Position numbers and translations under genes: made by a program
Notes under the pieces: generated by a model
Seen by the model: only the letters and a program-made list of their open reading frames with translations
Databases searched by the model: none
What the model was told of the DNA's origin: nothing
Source of the DNA: a virus
Lineage: Duplodnaviria > Caudoviricetes
IMG/VR virus record: IMGVR_UViG_3300049012_000007
Coordinates: 1 to 42,199 of that record
DNA: 42,199 nucleotides
Direction: 5' to 3' (one strand)
Shown here: one piece after another, positions 35,149-42,199 of the stretch
Position numbering within the stretch: position 1 is the first letter of the stretch
How the letters are laid out: every line of letters starts with the position of its first letter

Positions 35149-35185
35149 TGGTCTGACCACGTAAATCCCACCAATGGTTTATGCT
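35146..35185 (+). promoter_or_regulatory. FadR-like box + -10 promoter F
   Basis: Perfect GTGGTC-T-GACCAC at 35148-35160 (centre 35154); TATGCT at 35180 (26 bp); alternative extended -10 TGTGA-TAACCT at 35205-35215. Confidence 0.55.
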
Positions 35186-35205
35186 GTTGGTGGGTTTTTT
35201 ATTTT
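35167..35205 (+). terminator. Intrinsic terminator
   Basis: CCCACCAA...TTGGTGGG followed by TTTTTTATTTT. Confidence 0.75.
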
Positions 35206-35244
35206 GTGATAACCTAAGCGCTCCATCAAAACAGGAGTAAATCA

Positions 35245-35316
35245 ATGACCGGCACAGACACCAATCCAAAAGATAAGAAGCCAAATGCTAAGTCTAAACG
35301 GCCTAGAAATAAGTAA
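35245..35316 (+). CDS. 23-aa basic peptide MTGTDTNPKDKKPNAKSKRPRNK
   Basis: AACAGGAGTAAATCA RBS; overlaps the start of the membrane protein gene. Confidence 0.5.
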   Translation: MTGTDTNPKDKKPNAKSKRPRNK

Positions 35317-35755
35317 TTTTACAATAGCCATGCTTGTTGTTTGGTGCTTAGTCAGCATCCGCAACAAGCATGCTTTTATCATGGTTGCTTGCTTAGTAAT
35401 TTACACGCTAGTTCAAGCAATCTCTCCGTACAACTTTCCAGACTTCCTAACTACATCAGTCCTATTTTTCGTCGCATCAATATCCAATATCAATCTTTCA
35501 TCACAATTCCGTAAGGCTTTCTTGTGTTTCGGTTTCGTATACTTTATAGGTGCGGTAGACCAAGCAATCTACTATCATATTGAGGTTAATGCTTATTTTG
35601 ACGTTATCCAGCCATACATAATCACCGCAATCAATGCGTATTTGTTGGCTCACTTGCTGAGCAATGGAGGTAAACAAGGTGCCAACATCTACAGAATGCG
35701 TGCTACTGCTTTTTGTCGTAGGATTTTTAGGCTATCATTGCGCAAAGAAAGTTAA
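35285..35755 (+). CDS. Multi-pass membrane protein
   Basis: About 4-5 hydrophobic segments; visibly AT-rich. Confidence 0.65.
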   Translation: MLSLNGLEISNFTIAMLVVWCLVSIRNKHAFIMVACLVIYTLVQAISPYNFPDFLTTSVLFFVASISNINLSSQFRKAFLCFGFVYFIGAVDQAIYYHIEVNAYFDVIQPYIITAINAYLLAHLLSNGGKQGANIYRMRATAFCRRIFRLSLRKES

Positions 35756-35781
35756 ATCTATTATTGCCAACGAGGCTGCGC

Positions 35782-36075
35782 GTGAATCTAAAGCATCTAA
35801 CCGAACAGATGATACATGACCTACCGACGTATTTAGGGAGCATTCAGCACAAGATTGTGACCGCCGCTGGAGGTACATCTGCAGTTTACAACATTAGAGA
35901 TTACCTTCCATCGCCGGTACATGACGTCATTCAGGCTGTATCAGAATTCCCGTGGGTAGATACCGTCTCATTCCTTGCATTACTTCTTCTATTTATCGAG
36001 CGATGCTTCATTCTGTACGCATGGTATAAGCGAGTAAAGCGCGGAGACTATGACGAAGGAAAGCCGCAAAAGTAA
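35782..36075 (+). CDS. Membrane protein, holin-like
   Basis: GAGG RBS + GTG; C-terminal TM helix followed by 'WYKRVKRG'. Confidence 0.5.
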   Translation: MNLKHLTEQMIHDLPTYLGSIQHKIVTAAGGTSAVYNIRDYLPSPVHDVIQAVSEFPWVDTVSFLALLLLFIERCFILYAWYKRVKRGDYDEGKPQK

Positions 36076-36087
36076 AGCGCCAAAACT

Positions 36088-36116
36088 TTGACGCAAAAAT
36101 ACTGGCGGTATATACT
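36088..36116 (+). promoter_or_regulatory. Sigma70 promoter
   Basis: TTGACG, 17 bp, TATACT. Confidence 0.75.
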
Positions 36117-36167
36117 CGTTGTGACCTTGCGCCATGTCGGCGTGCTGGTAATCAGTGAGGTATAAAA

Positions 36168-36617
36168 ATGGCTAAATATCGTCAAACTCGTTTTAATAAC
36201 GTCGGCTTGCAGGGTCCACTGCAGCAGCGCGACAATCAAACAAACACTACAAACACCGTAGACACCTTCATCAAGACTTTTGAGATTCCGTTAACTCGCG
36301 TTGCATCTGGCGCAGCTCAGACTACCGTTGTTGAAGCTGGTACTAAATGGCTGCAAATCATCAGCGCTGTTATTGTCGTTGATGTCGCAGAAGCTACCGG
36401 CACAACCAAGACAGTCAGTGTCGGCATTGGTGGTGCGGCAGCTAACGTCATGGCGGCTACATCTGTTGCGGCAACTGGCGCCGTCGGCTCACCTATCGTT
36501 GCTGCCATTCCGGTGACTACTGCAAATAACAAGTTTACCTACACTCTTGGCTCAGCGAACTTTGCCGAATTCCAAGGCCGTGCAATCGTGACCGCAATCT
36601 GCGCTAACGTGCTGTAA
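36168..36617 (+). CDS. Putative head decoration protein
   Basis: GAGGT RBS; N-terminal arm 'TRFNNVG..GP' + Ala/Thr/Val-rich beta sandwich. Confidence 0.55.
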   Translation: MAKYRQTRFNNVGLQGPLQQRDNQTNTTNTVDTFIKTFEIPLTRVASGAAQTTVVEAGTKWLQIISAVIVVDVAEATGTTKTVSVGIGGAAANVMAATSVAATGAVGSPIVAAIPVTTANNKFTYTLGSANFAEFQGRAIVTAICANVL

Positions 36618-36627
36618 GGGGTAAGTC

Positions 36628-36912
36628 ATGGCTCAGCGTAGCATTACCAAGCCAACGGCAGCGGCGGTTTATTATCCTGTAAACCATCGCGCCACAATTG
36701 ACAGCATGACGATTCAAAACCTGACTGGAGCGAATCTCACTGTAAAGCTCACAGCCGGTAAAATCCAGCAAGGCGCAGTGACGTATTCAGACCCGTTTGC
36801 CGGTGTTTTGACTATCGCCGCAAATGCAACAGGCGTTATTTCTCAGCCATGCACAGCGCTGGAGTTTAGCGGCACTGGCACCGGCTTAGTGAATGTCGTT
36901 GAGGAATTCTGA
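36628..36912 (+). CDS. Small beta-rich virion protein
   Basis: 94 aa; synteny. Confidence 0.55.
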   Translation: MAQRSITKPTAAAVYYPVNHRATIDSMTIQNLTGANLTVKLTAGKIQQGAVTYSDPFAGVLTIAANATGVISQPCTALEFSGTGTGLVNVVEEF

Positions 36913-37259
36913 TGACTCAAACCCGCGCTCGCCGTTATGTACCTGGAGGCCACAAGGTGTTATGCGACTTGTGCGGGTTAACCTATATGCGCTCAGAAAC
37001 ACGCCTGCAGTGGAATAACCTGCTAGCTTGCTCTGAGTGCTTCGATCCAAAACATCAACAGCTAAACATTCGCGGTAAATCTGACCGGCAAGCGGTTGAT
37101 ATTGCTCGTCCAGAGTCAGAAAACGACAATGATTTGACATTCTACGCACCGCCTAGCCCATTTTTGCAATACAGCGGCTTTGTTACTGACGAAGCTGGCA
37201 GGATAATTACAACAGGCGCGATATTCGATAACGGAGCAATAATTAATGCCAATCTCTAA
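36912..37259 (+). CDS. Zn-ribbon virion morphogenesis protein
   Basis: 'CDLCG...WNNLLAC.EC.DPKH.Q......D......RPE'. Confidence 0.65.
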   Translation: MTQTRARRYVPGGHKVLCDLCGLTYMRSETRLQWNNLLACSECFDPKHQQLNIRGKSDRQAVDIARPESENDNDLTFYAPPSPFLQYSGFVTDEAGRIITTGAIFDNGAIINANL

Positions 37260-39417
37260 ACTAACATCACTCCCGTTTCCGCCTCCGGCAGTTCCGCCAT
37301 TTAGCGCGTCTGGTCAGGGCTTGGTTGCGTCTGTTAATCAGTTGATTGACACCAGCGTTGCCAGTTTAAAGTCTCTACCAACCAGCCCGCAGACTGACAC
37401 GGTTTATAATGTGATTGGATTTTATGCGAACGGCGACACTGGCGGCGGCAAGTTTATTTACGTTCCAAGCATGTCAAAAACGCTGCATAACGGCGGCACC
37501 GTTATCACCTTGGAAGCTGTCGCAGCGTGGAGTGGGTTGCAATCTGATTTGCCAACATTTTTAAACTGGACAGGCTCAGGCTCGGGTTGCTATGTGCGTC
37601 TAGACGTTGACGGCATGTATGACGTTACTTGGTTTGGCGCTATTGGTGATTATTTAAACTTTGATGATAGCAATGCGGCTCAAGCTGCTATCAATACCAT
37701 CCAAGAAAACCCAGCCTACAACGTAGACAATACAAAAATCGGCTACGGCGGGATTGTGTTTTTTCCTCCAGGCAGATACCACGTTCAAAGCCTTGTCGTT
37801 TCCAAGTTCAACATTCAGGTTGAAGGTATTGCAGGTGCATCTTTCTTAGTCAACAAGTCAACGACGCTGGACGTATTGACTGCAGCGTGGGATGGCGGCT
37901 CTAGCACAATTGGCGGCTTGGCATTTGTTGACATTGAAGTGATCAACATTGTTGACAGGGCAGATGGTGCTCCGCCCTTGGTTACTCTAGACAAAGCTGT
38001 GCGCTCCGAGTTTCGCAGATTCAGGCTGACTAGCTCAGATTTCACGACTGGCGCACAAGTATCGAAAAAAGGCGACGGTATCAAGTTGATCGCGCCGTTT
38101 GAAGTTATTGGTGATATTGAAGTTTACGGGTTTACCGGTATAGGTATGGACGTAATCAGCGGCCCTCAGTCTGACTCATTCGAGCTGCAAGGTTTGTTCA
38201 GATATAACTCTGTCGGTCTTGTTGGCTTTCGTGGCGCTGGCGGGTCAGGCAATAACAACTTTAAGTTTGGCGGCAAATTCCTTGGCTCACAAGGCGGATT
38301 CTACGTTTCAACCGGCCAAGACTCTTATGGCGAGACTACGGTTGTGTCGACAGCCGGAAACGTCTTAACAGTTGCAAGCTCAACCAATATGCAAGTTGGT
38401 CGCGCTGTTGTTGTTGGCAGAACAAACACCATGCAGATTGCGATTATTCGCTCAATCTCCGGAAATGACTTAACTCTTGATAGACCAATCACTCTTTCTG
38501 CTGGCGAGATTGTTGTATCAGGTCGCTTCGGCTGTATCACGAGTGAAATGAGAAACCCTAGCTTTAGCGGCATTCAGTTTGAAGGGTGCGACGTTGGTCT
38601 ATACACAACCAAAGGCACCACTCGCGTAACCGTTCAAGACTATGTATTCAGCTCATGTTCTAAGGCTGCAATCCTCAACTGCCAGTTTAGAAAGGCGGTT
38701 TTTCAAAATGGTGTAGCTGCAGCTAGCGGGACTTTGCGCAATGGCGTTACATGGAAATTTATCACGCTGCTTGATATTGAGGACCGGTTTAGTTATCTGT
38801 ATCTTCTGGACAACCCAGCTGAAGGCTCAGCGTATTACAGCGGCACTCGTGCATCATTGGTTGACAACCGCAGCGGATTCTTCCCATTTCAACGCATGGA
38901 TAATCGCACGGAAGGCACGGTATTTGACGCAAAGAATTCACAGCCTGCAATCACGTTTGAGGATAATACATACCTGACGTTTAGTAGGACTGCCACAAAT
39001 AAATTCTGTCGCGCATCATGGAAAGAGGGAGTTACTGACAAATGGTTTTTGGATTTCACTAGAACAAATGGTGACTTAGAATTCCGCAAGTCAGGAGAAA
39101 CCATCGCATCAATATCATTTAGCGGTGCAACAGGAGTTCCTACTCTTGGAGATGGTGCATGGGATGGCTTGCCATCAAAAATAGGCTCTCAGTATGTTTG
39201 GATTGACACCAACCTAAAAGTTCGCAGCAAGAACGGCGTTCCAACAAGTGACTTAGATGGCGAAATACTTGGAGATTACGAATCAGAGTGGGACTCACCA
39301 TCCAAACTGAAGCTGGGTGTTTACCGATTCTGGCTTGACTCATCAGGTCGTTTGAGAACAAAAAGCAGCGAGCCAACCTCTGATACTGATGGCGTTATCA
39401 TTGGCGCACAGTCTTAA
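37246..39417 (+). CDS. Tailspike / depolymerase (pectate-lyase-like beta-helix)
   Basis: 'GFYA.GD.GGG.F', 'VTWFGAIGD...DDS.A.QAAI', 'VFFPPGRY'; duplicated C-terminal 'W.D....R.K...PTSD.DG'. Confidence 0.85.
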   Translation: MPISKLTSLPFPPPAVPPFSASGQGLVASVNQLIDTSVASLKSLPTSPQTDTVYNVIGFYANGDTGGGKFIYVPSMSKTLHNGGTVITLEAVAAWSGLQSDLPTFLNWTGSGSGCYVRLDVDGMYDVTWFGAIGDYLNFDDSNAAQAAINTIQENPAYNVDNTKIGYGGIVFFPPGRYHVQSLVVSKFNIQVEGIAGASFLVNKSTTLDVLTAAWDGGSSTIGGLAFVDIEVINIVDRADGAPPLVTLDKAVRSEFRRFRLTSSDFTTGAQVSKKGDGIKLIAPFEVIGDIEVYGFTGIGMDVISGPQSDSFELQGLFRYNSVGLVGFRGAGGSGNNNFKFGGKFLGSQGGFYVSTGQDSYGETTVVSTAGNVLTVASSTNMQVGRAVVVGRTNTMQIAIIRSISGNDLTLDRPITLSAGEIVVSGRFGCITSEMRNPSFSGIQFEGCDVGLYTTKGTTRVTVQDYVFSSCSKAAILNCQFRKAVFQNGVAAASGTLRNGVTWKFITLLDIEDRFSYLYLLDNPAEGSAYYSGTRASLVDNRSGFFPFQRMDNRTEGTVFDAKNSQPAITFEDNTYLTFSRTATNKFCRASWKEGVTDKWFLDFTRTNGDLEFRKSGETIASISFSGATGVPTLGDGAWDGLPSKIGSQYVWIDTNLKVRSKNGVPTSDLDGEILGDYESEWDSPSKLKLGVYRFWLDSSGRLRTKSSEPTSDTDGVIIGAQS

Positions 39418-39433
39418 GCAATAAGGAACAGCC

Positions 39434-40354
39434 GTGTCAACAACAGCATTAACAATCATCAAGAAGGCTTTGCGCCTAGTCAGGGTGCTGGACAGAAACC
39501 AGCCGCTGCAGGATGACGATAGAAACGACGCGCTAGAAGCGTTTAACCAGATGATTCTGCATATCCAGACCAACTACAACAACCTGTGGACAATGAAGCA
39601 GGCTGTTGTTTTGATGGAGCAAGGCAAGCAGTTTTACAAATGCGGTCCTGCTGGTGATCGCGTTGTTTCGCGTGATGATTTGCGCACGCAAACATTATCT
39701 GGATATACAGCAACCGGCGCGACGTCAATCGTGTTGTCTGGCGCGCTGAATGTGGTCAATGGTAATTCCGTTGGCATCCAGTTAACTGACAACTCGTTTT
39801 TCTGGACCGCTGCATCTGTATCGTCTACCGGAACAACAATCACACTGTCATCAGCATTAACTGCTGACGCTAACGCATCGGCGCGAGTCTATGTATACAC
39901 CGACATCATCGATAGACCGTTGCGCATCCTTAACGCGCAGTCTGCTTGGTCAATTACTGATTCAGAAATCCCGCTGGAGACATTTAGCAGGAAAGAGTAT
40001 TTCGACCAGCCTGACAAAGCCACGCAGGGACAGACAAGTAACTATTACTACTCTCCTCAATTAACTGCTGGTGAGTTGTACGTATGGCCCACAGCGCAAA
40101 GCAGTCTAAATGTATTACGCATGACCTATGTCGAGCCAATTGAAACGATGATTACCAACATCGATGCGCCGCAATTCCCTGATGAATGGCAGGAGTGCTT
40201 GGCTTATATGTTGGCAACTCGCATCATGGACGAGTACGGCGTAGAGCAAGACCGGCAAATGCTTCTGAAAGCGAAAGCTGATGAAATGCTTAACGACAAC
40301 TTAGCGTTTGATAACGACGCAGACCCAATGGTTGTTGAACTTTACAGGGGGTAG
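39434..40354 (+). CDS. Head-tail adaptor, P22 gp4-like, with inserted beta domain
   Basis: 'TALTIIKKALRL......PL...D..DALEAFN.M'; 'FPDEW...L.Y.LA'; AAGGA RBS + GTG. Confidence 0.75.
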   Translation: MSTTALTIIKKALRLVRVLDRNQPLQDDDRNDALEAFNQMILHIQTNYNNLWTMKQAVVLMEQGKQFYKCGPAGDRVVSRDDLRTQTLSGYTATGATSIVLSGALNVVNGNSVGIQLTDNSFFWTAASVSSTGTTITLSSALTADANASARVYVYTDIIDRPLRILNAQSAWSITDSEIPLETFSRKEYFDQPDKATQGQTSNYYYSPQLTAGELYVWPTAQSSLNVLRMTYVEPIETMITNIDAPQFPDEWQECLAYMLATRIMDEYGVEQDRQMLLKAKADEMLNDNLAFDNDADPMVVELYRG

Positions 40355-40355
40355 G

Positions 40356-41819
40356 ATGCGAACCGAATTGCCAATCGCTACAGGTTTTTACATTTCGTCA
40401 AGCATTCCGGTGGCAGCTCAGGAGTGTACAAATATGTACGTGTCCATTCCTGAGACTGCTGCGTACACGAAAGCGCAACTATTTCCGACACCCGGCATTA
40501 TCGAGATATTAAACACCGGTTCAGCCAATAAAAGCCGTGGCGCTCATGTCATGGCTGGCGTGCCTTACTTTGTTTGCGGGCAGCGGTTATTTCGGTTGAA
40601 TCGGTTGGTTTCTGTTGACGGCATCGAGTCTTACACCACAACAGACCTTGGCGAGATTGATGGCGCTGACTATGTGTCGATGGCGGATAACGGCGACCAG
40701 CTTTGTATTGTAGTGCCAGGAATTAAGGGCTACATCTTTAACCGCGCATCAGGCACGTTAAAAACCATCACAAGCGCAGCGTATAACGATTTAGGGCCAT
40801 CTCAGCAGGTTGTCTATGCAGATGGTTACTTCATCCACCAAGCCGCTAAAAACGTGTTTAACAGCGCGTTAAACGATGGGTTAACTTATTCAGGAATTGA
40901 TTTCGCAGAGGCAGAGGCAGACCCTGACGATATTACTGGCATTCATGTTAGCCGTGGTCAGTTGTTTATCGGCGGTAGCGAGACGACGGAGGGCTGGCAA
41001 AACGTTGGTGCTTTGAACTTTCCTTATCAGCGAATTGCCGGTTACATCTTGCCAATCGGCATTAAGGCCAAAAACTCCATCGTTGATACCGGCAATACTT
41101 TCTGCTTCGTTGGTAACGACATCGGTGGGCAGGCTGCTATCTACCAATACAGTGGCAACAACTTTGACAAGATTTCTACGGCATCCATTGAGTCTTTACT
41201 GCTGAGATACACGCAAGAAGAAATTCAAGACATTATCGGGTTTCAGTATTCCCAAAATGGCGCGGTATTCGCCGGTTGGATTTTGCCAGATACCTGTATT
41301 GTTTATGACGCAAAAGCATCTCAGCTTGCGCAGAAACCTATCTGGCATGAGCGCAAATCGTTTATTAACTCAGAACAAACCAGATGGCGAGCTAATTGCG
41401 TCGTGCAGGCTTACGGGCGTTTCTTTGTTGCTGACTACAGGAGCGGGCGAATTGGCGTATTGTCTCTTGACACTTATACGGAATTTGGCGAGTACATCCG
41501 GCGAAGATTCTCAGCAGGGCCATTCAACAATGTCGGAGGCGCAACCTTCTGGAGTTCAGTGCAGCTAATCGTTGAGGCTGGCACCAATACGGTTTTAGAC
41601 CGTGGTCCTACGATTGATATGTCGTACAGCGATGATGGCGGTAAGACGTTTAATAACGAGGTAACGCGCTCAATCGGCAAGATTGGCGAGTGCACCGTAC
41701 AGCCTACGTGGAATCGTCTTGGCTTGTGCCGTAATGCTCGGGTGTATCGATTCGACTATGCAGACGACGCAAAGCTGGTCGTTATCGGCTTAATCGGAGA
41801 TTTCAGCGGTGGCAGATAA
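40356..41819 (+). CDS. Tail hub / DNA stabilisation protein, P22 gp10-like
   Basis: 'VSMADNG.QL', 'DGYFI', 'DFAEAEADPD', 'WHER', 'SDDGGKTF', 'W.RLG..R.'. Confidence 0.9.
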   Translation: MRTELPIATGFYISSSIPVAAQECTNMYVSIPETAAYTKAQLFPTPGIIEILNTGSANKSRGAHVMAGVPYFVCGQRLFRLNRLVSVDGIESYTTTDLGEIDGADYVSMADNGDQLCIVVPGIKGYIFNRASGTLKTITSAAYNDLGPSQQVVYADGYFIHQAAKNVFNSALNDGLTYSGIDFAEAEADPDDITGIHVSRGQLFIGGSETTEGWQNVGALNFPYQRIAGYILPIGIKAKNSIVDTGNTFCFVGNDIGGQAAIYQYSGNNFDKISTASIESLLLRYTQEEIQDIIGFQYSQNGAVFAGWILPDTCIVYDAKASQLAQKPIWHERKSFINSEQTRWRANCVVQAYGRFFVADYRSGRIGVLSLDTYTEFGEYIRRRFSAGPFNNVGGATFWSSVQLIVEAGTNTVLDRGPTIDMSYSDDGGKTFNNEVTRSIGKIGECTVQPTWNRLGLCRNARVYRFDYADDAKLVVIGLIGDFSGGR

Positions 41820-42054
41820 CAAGGTAATTCCGCCAAGCCGGCAGCTGCAAATCACATCCGGCGGATTACCTGAGCAAAGGTTTTCTGCTTGGTGCGAGGC
41901 TATCACGCGACAGATTAACGGTTATGAGCTGGAAGGATTACCAGAAGGCGTATTAGATGCACCACGGTTTAGCTTGTGCGCCAATATTTTGACAGATACA
42001 CTGTACATTAAGACAACAAGCGCCGGAATTTTGACAGGATGGAAAGAATTGTAG
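41809..42054 (+). CDS. Short tail needle/plug, gp26-like position
   Basis: 81 aa after the gp10-like gene; 'G.PEGVL.A...L......LYIK......TGW'. Confidence 0.55.
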   Translation: MADNKVIPPSRQLQITSGGLPEQRFSAWCEAITRQINGYELEGLPEGVLDAPRFSLCANILTDTLYIKTTSAGILTGWKEL

Positions 42055-42199
42055 CATTTCGCACATTCGACACTGACCAAATTTTGTCAGTATTGACGCA
42101 TCCTGATATACTCAAGACGATTACAGAAAGCGATAGTTCGAATTTACACATTGACCCGCAGGCCTCGTGCTTTATAGCTTGCACCGTAGATTATGAACC
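42039..42199 (+). CDS. 5' part of the gp14-like gene (continues at the window start)
   Basis: ATG 42039, MERIVAFRTFDTDQILSVLTHPD..., in frame with 12..440. Confidence 0.75.
   Translation, partial: MERIVAFRTFDTDQILSVLTHPDILKTITESDSSNLHIDPQASCFIACTVDYE
42073..42198. repeat. Terminal direct repeat (copy 2)
   Basis: Identical to 1-126. Confidence 0.95.

Noticed and set aside
1-42199. Alternative genetic code or integrated prophage
   Set aside because: The standard code gives intact, tightly packed genes; no host genes, integrase or att-like context are visible

Overview
This is an apparently complete, circularly permuted dsDNA phage genome of about 42.07 kb. Bases 1-126 recur at 42073-42198, and one gene reads through that junction. 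It is a podovirus with a P22-like tail and ejection module (gp4/gp10/gp26/gp14/gp7/gp20/gp16-like order) and most likely infects a gammaproteobacterium. I see no integrase, RNA polymerase, DNA polymerase or tRNA. Modules in order: ejection proteins and tail fibre (1-7.2 kb); lysis cassette of M15 endolysin, holin and Rz/Rz1, interrupted by an inverted HNH-AP2 gene with a structured RNA leader (7.2-9.1 kb); a leftward early region with HTH proteins, C5 DNA methyltransferase, PAPS-reductase-like protein, HAD protein, SSB and RecE-like exonuclease (9.1-16.4 kb); rightward replication genes (Cro-like HTH, SF2 helicase, VRR-NUC, Prim-Pol/VirE) followed by an iteron origin (16.4-21.3 kb); small accessory genes; then terminase, portal, GroES-like co-chaperonin, scaffold, capsid, fibre/decoration proteins, tailspike and tail genes (23.7-42.2 kb). 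The most striking unexplained signal is a set of six intergenic promoter-like elements. Each has a palindrome of the form (G/C/A)TGGTC-N-GACCAC, matching the host FadR operator, centred 26-27 bp upstream of a mostly extended -10 box (about -38/-39). That is the geometry of FadR-activated fabA/fabB promoters, so the phage may carry a regulon keyed to host fatty-acyl-CoA status. All product calls come from motifs and gene order read by eye; no database searches were run.
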